From Haplodiscus bocki (Eukaryota): a DNA stretch of 64,000 nt. The translations under genes were made by a program, and so were the position numbers. The notes under the pieces are model-generated. The model ran no database searches and was not told the DNA's origin. It saw only the letters and a program-made list of their open reading frames with translations. The DNA lies in contig OZ296656.1 of NCBI GenBank assembly GCA_965655095.1, positions 10,540,001 through 10,604,000 of the forward strand. Direction: 5' to 3'. Below, one piece after another: positions 52,582-64,000 of this stretch; within the stretch, counting starts at the first letter, position 1; each line of letters begins with the position of its first letter.

Positions 52582-55010
52582 CTAGCAAACCCGTCCCGAT
52601 TACGGCGGGATAACCAAACATATTTTGTAAATGTTAGGTAGCAGGACAGCTTGGTTCACAAAACGGGGGCAATTATCGACATCGATGAAGTTGGTAGGAT
52701 TATTGATCCCGATAATCCGTCCAATATACCGGCTGTATCAGTAAAAGGAAGGGTCCGTCCAATATCTTATTTGGATCATTCATCTCGCAGATCCATTCAG
52801 TATCGCAGTGGGATCAATGATGCCGAAGTTCTGTCCAAGATCTCGCGGATTCATTCATGATCTTAATAGCATCAGTGGTCTCAAACATCCGTCCAATATC
52901 GTGGTCGGATCAATAACATTGAAGGTCCGTTCAAGATTATGCTGGGATCAGTCATCTCGAAGGTTTAACTGAGTTTTTGACGGGATCGGTGGCATCGCAG
53001 ATCTCTCCAAAATCATGGTTGGATCAGTTATCTCAAAGATCGAACCAAGATCGTAGGAGGTTTAGTAAACTCGAAAATTAGTGCAGGATCTTATTAGAAT
53101 AAGTTATGTCGAAGCTTTTGGTAAGATCGGAGATCTTGAACATCCGTCCTAAGTTGAAGTAAGATCGGTGGCATCAAAGATTCGTCCAAAACCTTGGGTG
53201 TATCTGCGTGCTATTATATCCGTCCAAGAACTTGTAAAAATGATCAAAAATATCCGTTGCAAAACCTTGTGGGGTCAATGCTCTCGCATATCAGTCCAGG
53301 GTTTTAGTGGGATACATGATAGCGAAGATCCGTTCAAATCATGACTATATTAGTGATATCAAAGGTCCAGCCAAAATCATGGTAGGATTTATGCCTTCAA
53401 ATTCCGTACAAGAGCTTGGTGTGATCATTGACCTCGAAGGTCTGCCTACTTCAGTGATATCTGAGATCTGTCCAAAGTCGTAAGATCAGGGACCTGGAAG
53501 ATCCTTCATGATATCGGCTGGCACAGTTTTTTCCAAGATCATATTGAGATGAGTTATCCCGATTGTCCGTCCAAGATCTATGTAGTATCAATGATTTCCG
53601 TGGTCTCAGCTGGATGAGTGGTTTCGAAGATCAGCTCAAGTCGTTGCTGGCTCAGTGGAATCGGTGAATTGTCCACAATTTTGGTTGGATTATCAGTCGC
53701 GAGGATCTTCCCAAGGTCTTGGAAAACCTTGGAAGGATCCGGGCACTCTATGATATGTCCGTCCAAGAACTTGGTAGGATCAATCATCTCAAAAATTCGT
53801 CCCAGAGCTTCGTAGGATCAATGTTTTTAATGCTCTATCTAAAACCTTGCTGCATGAGCGACACTCGGTGAGTCCAAAATTTTTGCTGGGTCAATCATCT
53901 TGAGGGTCGGTCCAATTTCATAGTAGGAGCAGTGATCTCGAGCATCCATCCCAATTTTTGGTTGGGTCAATGATATCAAAGGTCAATGTAAGCACTTGGC
54001 AGGATCCTTGCACTCATAGATCTGTCCCAGAACTTGGTAGGATCAATGATCTGGAAGATTGTCAAAAAACTTGGCGGGATCCTTGTTTGCGTAGGTCTGC
54101 CCAGTGTCTTAGCTGGTGAATTGATATTGAAGGTCAGCGCATTTCATGGCTAACTTAGTGATATAAAATATCTTCCCAAAATCTTGCTGAGATCCGTACA
54201 GTCAAAGTTTTGTGCAAGAACTTGGTGGAACCATTGATCTTGAAGATCTGTCCAACATTTAGGGTAGGATCAGTGACCTCCCTGGTACGTCGACGATCTT
54301 CACTCGACGTCACAGATTCTTCCAATACCTGGGATATGTCTGCGTGCTTTCTTATCCGTACAAGAACTTTTAATGAAAAATGATCAAGAATATTCGTTGC
54401 AAAACCTTGTGGGGTCAATGATCTCGCCCCTCCGTCCAGGGTCTTAGCTGGATTCGTGATAGCGAAGATACGTCCAATGTATGGCTAAATTTCTGATATC
54501 AATGATCCGGCCAAAATCTTGCTTAGATCCGTGCTCTTAAAGTTACAAGAAGTTGGTGGGACCATTGACCCCAAAGAAGAGCCTAAAATCTTGCTAGCGT
54601 CTATGATCATGAATGTCCATCCATCGGATCAGTGATCTCAAAGTTCCGTCGTAAAATTTGGTAGGATCAATGATCTTGACGATGCGTCCCAAATAATTTT
54701 ACAATTGGTGATCTCGAAGTCCGGTCGAAGAACTTGCAAGGGTTGGTCATCTCAAAAAAACGTCAGAGGTATGCTTGGGGCCTATGATCTCGAAGATCCG
54801 GTCAAGAACCTGGTAAGACCAGCAGTCTTTAAGGTGACTCTAAGATATTAGTGAATTGGTGATCTCGAATGTCCATGCAAGATTGACAAGGACAGTCATT
54901 TTGAAGCTCGTGCCAAGATTGTGTTAGGATCTGTGATCTGGTAAAGCTGTCGGGTATCATAAGAAAGTCTATAATCTGGAAGATATGTCTAAGATTGTTG
55001 TGGGGTCAGT
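52582..55010 (-). repeat. Degenerate ~38-bp minisatellite tract attached to a Helitron-like 3' end
   Basis: Units of gatcagtgatctcgaagatccgtccaagatcttggtag from ~52660 to ~55010. On the minus strand a GC hairpin (52590-52610) precedes CTAG|T at 52585-52581. The array is clear; the Helitron call is tentative. Confidence 0.6.
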
Positions 55011-58000
55011 GTACGGTGAAATTTACAAAATGCACAATAGTTGGTTGAAAAATTAGTCAAGTATTAAAAATATTTGATTCGCTTCCTTACTTGAAAGTTA
55101 TGTAAACCAAACTTGATAGTGTTTCGAAAGATGAATGCGACGGTCGGGTGCCATTCAATTAGGCGACGGCGGATTTTACCGACTGCTCTTCGAAGACCAT
55201 GCTTTGAGTTTGCATAGGTTCTGTTCAAATGCTCAGAATTTTTACGTATGCGAGTCACTGTTGTTACTCAGTCAAAAATGTTTGAGAAAACTTGAAATCG
55301 TGTCAGCAAACAATCGGTTCAATGAGCAGTCGGTTGATTGGTACGCACTCACCGCGTTAGCTTGAGTTAATGATGCTATGTTGATGAGGTAATCAGACTT
55401 CGATACTTCTTTTGATTGAGTTCAAAATCAGTAATTTTCATGTGAAATCAAATTCTAACGCGGCAGTGACGTCAACAACCGAGAAAGAGTTCCACGTCTC
55501 CGTTATGTCGATGTTAATGTAAATGTTTAAGAACTTCTCTTTCGAGCAGCGAGTCGTTAAAGCATTGCGGAAGTGCGAAACTCAATGCAATGGCGAGATG
55601 CTCCAAAAGCAGTTTTTGAAAAAGTTAACGCAAATGCTGCTGCAAGGTCATGAAAAGCGGCCCAAAAGTTTTCAATTCAAAATCAAAAAACGGCAACAAT
55701 AAGAGATACTTCGAACTTGATATTTTTTTGATAAAATATGTCAACATGTGTACACGTGTGCAGACACGAAGTTTCCTCAGTTATTCAATCTACCCTCTGA
55801 CTTCAATTTCCACGAATGATTGATGAATTTCAAAATATTTTGAAATTCGCTGACAAATGTTCACCCACAGTGATTTTTCATCTGTCTTTGATAACCTATC
55901 AGTGCAAAGATCTTTACAATTATCCAATAAAAGTCAAATTACTGCACAAACGTCCATACTGGTAGACCTTGCACTGCAGTGTTTTAAGTTATAGATTAGC
56001 TATTTTGGGTCACCCAGTAGAGAAAATTTGAAGTACCTGCAACACTATCTCACTCAAAAACTTGACCTGTCAATCATGACTTTTTGAGTCCCGCCTTTGT
56101 AGAGCCTAATTTTTGAAAGAAGCACTCACTTTAGAATGCAAAAATAACGAATACCTGCCACATGTCTCCAAAAGACCATTTTTGACCGTGTACACCACAC
56201 CACAAAAATCTTTGATGACATTAGAGATTGCAAATTTTGAGCGAGAAAAATAAACCTTCGTTACACGTTCTAATACGCCGTGCTCTTTGTATTAACATAT
56301 AGTAGCGCTCATGTCTTCGTGGATGGTGGTCAATCTGGGCGGGAAGTCTAGTTTCTAAATTTGCTAAATTGTGTTCTAGGCTTCAAACTGGCACATGAGC
56401 CATTTATCGAAATTGGCAGGTCACAGACACATCACAGCTAAAGTGCAAAAATCATTCCCGCTGAAAGACAACACATACTACACAGTGTCGCCTCAAACAG
56501 TGAAAGAAACTTTGAAACATGCTAGAGATTATCTCTGCTCCTGATTGAAAGTGTTACCCTGAACGATTTTTTCAGTTGGTTTATGGAGTGATACGTGCCG
56601 ACATCTGATTGGATGGAAGAGAGTCTGAGGACGATATATTTATATAAATCTAACTTTGATTCTGAAATGTTTTGCTTTTTTGCTCATTCATCTCTAATTG
56701 GAGGTTTATTAGTTTATTTTCAAATTAGGCTCCAAATCCCTGTTGGAATGTAACAAATTTAAGTTCTATGAATATATTTGTCGTTTTGGTTGATTGCCAT
56801 CCCTGAACATGTTCAAGAAATAAAAAATTAAACTTACTAACAGAAATTTTTGATTTCCGATGACAAAACCTTTGGGATTAAAAAGAATGTTTGCAAAATT
56901 AAAAAGATTCACAACTCAAAAATAATAACAGACCACTCGCACGCGTGTGCGTGACGTCCAAAAACCAAAACAACAGGTCGATATCGGACGAGGTACCGTC
57001 TGAGCAAATCTTGAATAGGTACTCCCCGTTGGGAGTGAATTTGACGGATTAGCTTCAGTCAACCCTTGGATCTGCCTAGTCAAGTCCTCGTACTGTTTAC
57101 GCATCCCGGCAATGTTATTCCTAATTTGTTCTTGAGTCAAAACGTAATTTTCGGGTTCACAGTCGGAAGCATTCCTATGCTCGTACTGGATATCGACATT
57201 CTCTTGTTAATCTGAGTCAATCTACTGTACGTTGAACTAGTGTAGCTTTTCCCATTTCTAAGCTCTCAATGTGTAGTCAAAGCTGGCATGCAGGTGATGA
57301 GGACCCAAAGTTTTGGTATGTGATAATTTTACATGAATTTCTGTCGATTACAAAAGTATAAAGAAAAAGTTGGAGCTAAAGTACTGTATCGCACGGAGTG
57401 AAGCAAGTTGACTGATTGAGCTAAATTTATGCTGGAGGTCGGTGGATTTGGTGAGACGCATTTGTTACCATCGGCCAACTGTAATTGAGTCGTTAGTTGT
57501 AACACTGATTAACAACTGGACAAAATGACGCAATTCCACCTTAAAGTGTAACGGCTACTCTCAGGTAACGAGCGATTTGATGCAAATTTAGCAGAGCCAA
57601 TTCTTATGAGCATAAAATAGCGTATTTCAACAACTACAACGGCAAAACATGAGTAATAGCTGCACCAAATGGTTTTCTGGGTAAGATTTCGATAAGTATG
57701 AATTGTTTCCTCAAAGTTTTGCTGGTAATCATTGGGTGTACTGAATCTATTTCGAGAACTTCTATTTTCCAGCAAGATTCATTGGTCCGATCTTTTTTGC
57801 TCAATTTGTGCTTGGGTTTTTTCATGTCAATAGCTTGTGTTTCTGGACTTGCAATGATGTTTACCCGATAATCTAGCCCCGTCACTTCACTTGTAGAATA
57901 TAAAACTCTGGACCGACAGTTAAAAGTTATCATTTTCTAAATCTTTTCAGCGTCTCGTTGAGTAGTTACGAACTCTGAATTAATTGTTCAGAGAACTGGT

Positions 58001-58276
58001 TGCGATTATCATTGCTTGGATGAAAACCGGTGACTTTCTAAACTGCGTCATGAACAGTGAGAACGATTTCCATCCTTCGGATAGAAACCGATGAAATTCT
58101 TAGTCACCGTAAAAAACACCAGAGGATGTTTTCCTCAATTGGGTGGAAACCAATGAAGTTATAAGTGTCAACTACAACAAAGGCAGTGGCTCACAACACT
58201 TGGATAAAAACCGATGAGGTCTGTATTGGCTATTTAGCTAATCTGCCCCTGTCAGTCTATAAATGTGTTTTTTTTT

Positions 58277-59473
58277 ATCCCGCGAAAAGCGGGATATTGC
58301 AATCACCTTCGTGTGTTTGTTTGTCTGTTTGTTTGTTAGCAGGATTTCTAATAAACTACTGGTCGAATTTTGATGAAATTTGGTGAGTAGGGAGGTAATG
58401 ATCATAGGAAGACCGAGTTCAAAGTTGGGCGTGATCCGGATTGAAATCCGGATCTGAGATCTGGATCAATGTTTCTCAAACTACAGGTCGGATTTTGAAA
58501 ATCTGAGGTCCGGATCAATGTTTCTCATAAAGTACTTGTCGGATCTTGATGAAATTTGGTGAGTAGGGAGGCAATGATCATAGCAAGAACGAGTTCAAAG
58601 TTGGGCGTGGTCCGGGTTGAAATCCTGATCTGAGATCCGGATCAATATCGGGGGTTAAACATAACACAGCCGTAAAAGCTTCCATTCACGGCTAATTTAA
58701 AAGATCACGAGAGAAAATGCTCTTCCTTAACTTACCGGGTAATCAATGTCAAAACTGTGATACTGGATCAATGTGGTTTTCGGGGGGTGATTGCGTTTTG
58801 GTGATCCAGAAGGCAGCTTTTTCCTTTGTTCAGAGATCGAGACTAATCCGATATGAAATGTGCGTGGGAATGACTATGGCGGAAGTGCTTTTATGTATTG
58901 CATTATGTATTTAATCAAGTATGAAAGCCTGCAAGCATGATTACGAAATACGGATTTATGACATCGGTCCCAAGTCAGCCCTTGTACACAAATGTTATAA
59001 AGATCATTAGGACACTATTTACATTCCTGATATTTTCGGACCTGTCGCCATCACCTAAGGACTAAAACTGCAAGCTTTTTTCATGGAGTAACATTTCTTG
59101 ACACCACAAAACAACTTACATCCTATCATACATCCATGTACTGGCATTTTACTAGTTTTTAGAAGCCGGACTAAAAGTGCTGACTAAGTTGTTGGATGGC
59201 TCAGGCATGATTATTTCTGGCATCACAAAAAATGCGAACATCCTGATTACTGATTTTGACGTGTCATGAAATTTCAGGTTGCAGGTATGAACTGCTGATG
59301 TCAGCAAAAACCCGATGACTATACAATACTGTAGCAATGGAAATGATCGTCTTGTTTAATATTCCACCTTTTTGCTCCCTAAACAGTTTTGCTAGTCATT
59401 TATTTCGCGTTTTTGTTCATTTGAACACAATCAAGAAACAAGGGCTTTCGCGGGATCTGCGCTCTCCGAGTGC
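58277..59473 (+). mobile_element. Helentron-associated non-autonomous element (HINE / DINE-1-like)
   Basis: 5' subTIR atcccgcgaaa (58277-87) with an adjacent short inverted copy, a (tgtt/tgtc)n microsatellite and internal ~180-bp tandem repeats. 3' subTIR tttcgcgggat (59446-56), then hairpin gcgctc-tcc-gagtgc. T runs on both flanks. Confidence 0.82.
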
Positions 59474-62117
59474 TTTTTTTGCCTTGTTCTTGGTAATAGT
59501 TTTAGATAGAATAGATCGACGGTAAAAAAAATTGAACAGATGTTTCCCAATGAAATTGTGTTCCGACTCATTCATGATTGTGTCTTACTTCAGTTCGTCG
59601 GGTCAACACAGGGGCCTTGAAGTGGCTATTAGTGTACCGGTTGGAACTTACGGGTGTCTTTTGTTTTTACTAGGTTATTCTAACACCTTGGAGGTCTCAT
59701 CGCATTGTCATTTTCATCGACAACTGTTTCAGCGCCTTGGTGTTCGATGGGCGAAGACACCTTTTGAAAACTTGTTCGTCATAACAAATATGGTTGTTCA
59801 TACAATACATAACCTCTTTATGACGGGGAGGGGAAATTTCAGTTCCTATCTGGGTTTATACGTTCATGCGATTTAAACGCGCATAAGTTGTAGTAAATTC
59901 TTACTAATGATAATAGTTCGATACTTATATAACATAGCGTAAGTTTAGGGATGTGTAGATGTCTTGTATTTCCCTCAAGCGGTCATGGCACTCGGTGAAT
60001 TGAAAATGGGAGCTAAAAACTCTTCGTATCTGCCATTTCGAGTGCTTGTTGTTTTTTTGTTTTGGGATTGGCAAACACCCAATGAGACTGATTTGAATCC
60101 CGGACCCTCGATCGTGCAGTGGAAGTTTTTGAGCAAAAGGTGGTAATGAAACTGTCAATGCATGTGTATCGAGGTATCAAAATAGCAATGTATTCACTGA
60201 TGCTGGTTTTGAAGTTATTTGTTTTTTTTAGGTCGATTGATGTCCTTCAGTTGCTTTACACTCAACTGTACAGAAACGGAAATATCCTTTGATTTCTGCA
60301 CTGTTAAGTCTAACCAAGCTGAGAACAACACAGAGGCGGCTCTGCACATGTATCGGGCGCGAAAGTTTCGGTTAACCATTGAAGTGTATTACTAAAAGAA
60401 TGTCGGAAACTTTTTGTCGTACGCTACCCAAAAAACTAACGAGGGGTTCTTTTTGGTTTTCCTCAATTTTTTTAATATCGAGAAACTTTATACAGAAGAA
60501 AGTATCACAAACTTTTGCCGATTTTTTCGTCTCATCGTACTGAATATATCCGTAGAAGGGAACTTTTGGTGTTTTGGGACATTTTCCCGTGCTTTCCATG
60601 GACTGTACTTGCATGCTTTGAAATCAAGTTTTTTAAAAATAAATTTACAGTTTAATTGAAATAGGAAAAAAGCCGACAAATTGTCGTGAATTTGAAAAAA
60701 GTAACCAGAAGGATCGGTGTTTTACTAAACAAAGCTCCGACAGAAAACAGACTGAAGATGGTGTCAAACAGACATTTCACAGTTTAACGGACAGTTTCTG
60801 AACAGTTAGCGCGGCAAAAACGAAGGAGTTTTCAGTTTCTACTATGTGTCTCAAATTTTTGTGACGTTATTAGAGCTATCAAAAAATATATGGTTATATG
60901 TACTATATGTAAAAACTTTCAAGTTTTCGATAGCGCTGTTATTAGCCAGCAAAACGTCATTACTGTTTCAGAAGTTTCTAATCTCACTTATGAACCATGA
61001 GGACTTGACTCTTGACTAAAACATCAAAATGAAAATTGCATAATTTTACGGAGGTAATTTTAAGCAAATTCCATAGTGTGAACCTAAAATCAGCAGAGGA
61101 CCTTGGGTGACCGCAAAAAAATGAAGGATTGACACAAAAATTATTAAAATTTCTTGGGAGGCTGTTTCTGAACTCAATGCGTTGTCTCAAATGGTAACCG
61201 TATGTGCAGCTCGGTCACTTCCCATCTCGATGCACATGTTCTACCAGTTTCTACTGCGCTTATTGTTCACGGACCTTCTCTTTTTGTCTGATATGAGTAA
61301 TGGAGATGTACATACAGCTGAATAAAATTGTCATGTTGTTCAGTGGCTAAATTTTATGCCTTGTTGGACGTAGGTTTTGAAATATGTTCTAAATGCATTT
61401 TCTGACTACCTTGAAATTTTTCCTCAGGCAAATTACATTATTTGAATACAAAATTAGCCGATACGAAAAAAATTCTTCTCTACTTCGTGCTCTGAATTGA
61501 ATTTTCTGTATAAACACTTCAAAGAAAGTCACTCTTTCCGATCAGGGTCTGATTAGTTTAAAATCCATTTCTGTGAACGACATACTAAAGTATAATTTTG
61601 TGTAGAAATAACCTAAACTAACTTTTGAGGGCTGCTATTGAGTCAAAAGGTTTCACAATTTTGCCGTTTTTGCCCAAGGTTGAAGTTATTGTATTCTTTT
61701 AAAAACACCATCAGAGATAGGTTAAATTTATTCACCTGAATTTTTCTCAGCTAATTCAAACTGCACATAGAAATTACCTGAGGACTCTGGGAAACTCCTT
61801 GATTACCTGAGAGGGCTTATGTTAAAATTAGCATCTTCAGTACAAGCATGGTAAGATACCCGGTGAATCTGATAGAATCCGCCTAGAATACAAACATGCA
61901 ATCAGAAAGGAATTAATGGGCATATTGAGGAAAAAAATTTGAAAAATTTAGCGCAAAGTTGCGCCCTATTTCCGGCAAACGAAAGATATGTTTATCTTTT
62001 GTCACAACAAAAATAGTACACCATAAATATTCAAATTTTCAGAGCTAATAACTTCAATACACTTTAAAATGCTTTAGTAAAAACTGCCATTGGCGGCTGC
62101 AGGTAAAAGGTACGTAG

Positions 62118-62195
62118 TATCGCGTTACGCATAACGCTCAAACGTTAATTAATTAAAATATGACTAATCGTTTGAGCGTTATGCGTAACGCGATA
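62118..62195. mobile_element. 78-bp hairpin element with perfect 27-bp inverted arms
   Basis: tatcgcgttacgcataacgctcaaacg ... cgtttgagcgttatgcgtaacgcgata. Flanking direct repeat GTAG (or TAGTA if the ends are taken 2 bp further in). A related single end lies at ~8230-8290. Confidence 0.75.
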
Positions 62196-62786
62196 GTAGA
62201 TAATATTGCCAGAGGATGGAAGTAAACTTCTCCGCGAGTGTTGTTTGCCAATCTACTTTGGTAGGTAATCCGCGGAACCTTACGGTCACAGAATCTTGTT
62301 CACCGCAGCGCCTCTCTGAAAATTTACAACAACATAGTCCAGGCTGCTAGGCGATCTTGTTTGCAGCCAAAAACGCTCACTGTCTCTTCATTTTTTCCTA
62401 ATTTCAATACGGAGAATTTCATCTAGGTTGACTATATATTGTAGATAATGCCTGCTGAAGTGCATAAAAAGTCAATTTCTCCGAAAACTTCGGCATGAAA
62501 ATGTCATTCTATTGAGTTCAATGCTTTTATGCTTTAGTCTCGTTTTTCTTCTCTTTGCTTTTTGCTTCAGAAGTTGTTCAAAATTTTTCATCTTTCGGAG
62601 TTAAGATGAGCATCACACTCTGAAAGTTGTTATAAAAGAATAGATTCAGTGTGACTCGTCACGTCTTACAATATATTAGAGAGACTATTTTTTCGAAACG
62701 ACTATTAGCGAGAACTTTATCCGATGTCTATGGAGAACTTCAACCGCAGCTGTCGGTAAAATTGCATGCGACTCTTAGGCAATTTC

Positions 62787-63013
62787 ACTAGCAAACTTAC
62801 CGCATTTAAAATTACCTGTTCATCTCATGTTGACTTTGCCGCGGATTAACAAGTGAATTTATTTGCTATTAATTGTACTGCAAGTTACAATTGCACTAGC
62901 AAAGGTAAGTCTGCACTAGCAAACTTACCTCATTTAAAATTACCTGTTCATCTCATATTGACTTTGCCGCGGATTATAAAGTGAATTTATTTGCTGTTAA
63001 TTGTACTGCAAGT
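62787..63013. repeat. Tandem duplication, 128-bp period x2
   Basis: cactagcaaacttacc...ttgactttgccgcggatta...aattgtactgcaagt at 62787 and 62915. Confidence 0.85.
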
Positions 63014-64000
63014 AAACTGCATTTGTGGCCGAAATACATGCCAGACGCAGGTAAAGTTATCTGCTTTTTCATGGAAATTTACTCGCACCGCGTTCGTAGT
63101 GTATCTTGAGCAGAGAATCTCCAGATCTGAATTTTGACGCTCAATGCTGCAAAACCTTTTTGCAGAGAATCACAGACTTTACCGACTGAAAAACGATACA
63201 AACTGAATGTGTTTGTAGTTTTTTTTTCAAGTTAAGTTTTTCTATGGTAAAGTTTTGTCGCGCGTGATAGGGGTATAAAACCTATTTAATTGATTTCAAC
63301 CAATTCGTATTCAAAGTTGTTGCTGACAGAAGTTTTCAACTTCGTGGTGTGCGGCCGTTAATGATTAAACAAATTTAAGTCTCAAAATTGCCTTGCCGAC
63401 CGGCGTGAACAAAGTAGAGCGTGAATTCGCTAGCAAGGACTTGGTGTGCGGCTAAATGAGTGTTTTAAGAACTCTTCAGGAATTTATTCAATAGAAGCAT
63501 TTTATTAATAAAACTTGAGAAAGTTATAGTTTTAGTATAATGATCATAAATCAAACTTGCAATTTAAAAAATTAGCTTATTTAAAAAAAGGATAGCGCTG
63601 GATTGATCGGCAAAAGCTTTGGTGTTGAATTCATTACATTCCAGTACAAGTCAAAGTAAGAACATCAATTGTTTCACAATTCAACACTATTTTACTAATT
63701 TTTTTTGACACTCAAAGTTGACCCCAGAGTTATCGACACTAAATTTTCAGATTAAAAGTCAAAAATATCATTTTTGCACGCGTTTTTGTTGATACTAAAT
63801 TGGAGTATGCCAACAATGGTAGCTCCAGTAATAATCAATAGGTAAATTTTTTCTCACCATTTAGAAGTTGAGATGCTTTTGAGCGCCACCGATTTGCCGT
63901 TTTGTTTTGTTTAATTTTGCACTAAGACGGAGAGTACAATCGTCCAATTTTTCTAGCAGGTTATTGGAAAAGTAATTAACTAAGTCTGTTTTAGCTAGGT

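Noticed and set aside
53578-54418. ORFs within the 38-bp minisatellite
   Set aside because: Short chance frames in a degenerate repeat.
56916-57260. Minus-strand coiled-coil-like ORF (LTQEQIRNNIAGMRKQYEDLTRQIQGL), possibly a gag leader or solo LTR
   Set aside because: No LTR ends, PBS or downstream gag-pol could be shown.
57509-57933. Possible Tc1 transposase HTH remnant
   Set aside because: Only a vague resemblance; no DDE motif or TIRs.
60085-60115. B-box-like sequence (minus strand gggattcaaatc) suggesting a tRNA or SINE
   Set aside because: No A-box or cloverleaf could be built.

Overview
AT-rich eukaryotic (probably invertebrate animal) genomic DNA, mostly transposon-derived. There is no sign of prokaryotic operons, RNA genes or CRISPR arrays. 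One host gene can be reconstructed on the + strand: a type II membrane glycosyltransferase of family 61 (EOGT/POMGNT2/plant XYLT-like), with exons at 6199-6290, 6519-~6697, ~7337-7633 and 45341-45906; its last exon was not found. Its third intron (7634-45340, 37.7 kb, phase 1 at both ends) holds two nested giant palindromes. The younger one is a 14.1-kb element (19472-33609) with Polinton/Maverick end signatures (AGTAGT...ACTACT termini, 6-bp TSD CACTTG/CACCTG). Its inverted arms are ~6.3 kb each around a 1.56-kb spacer, and it has no recognisable polB, integrase or capsid gene. It sits inside the left arm of an older palindrome with ~3.1-kb arms (~17050-39330). The same intron also holds a decayed Gypsy pol, a probable LINE RT remnant, and a Foldback/MULE-like element (10-bp TSD) in which a 25-bp satellite expanded in one arm only. 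Elsewhere there are a CRE-like non-LTR remnant, several MITEs, a Helentron-associated (HINE/DINE-1-like) element and a 38-bp minisatellite tract linked to a Helitron-like end. Nearly all ORFs in the supplied track are spurious or TE debris. All identity values are by-eye estimates.
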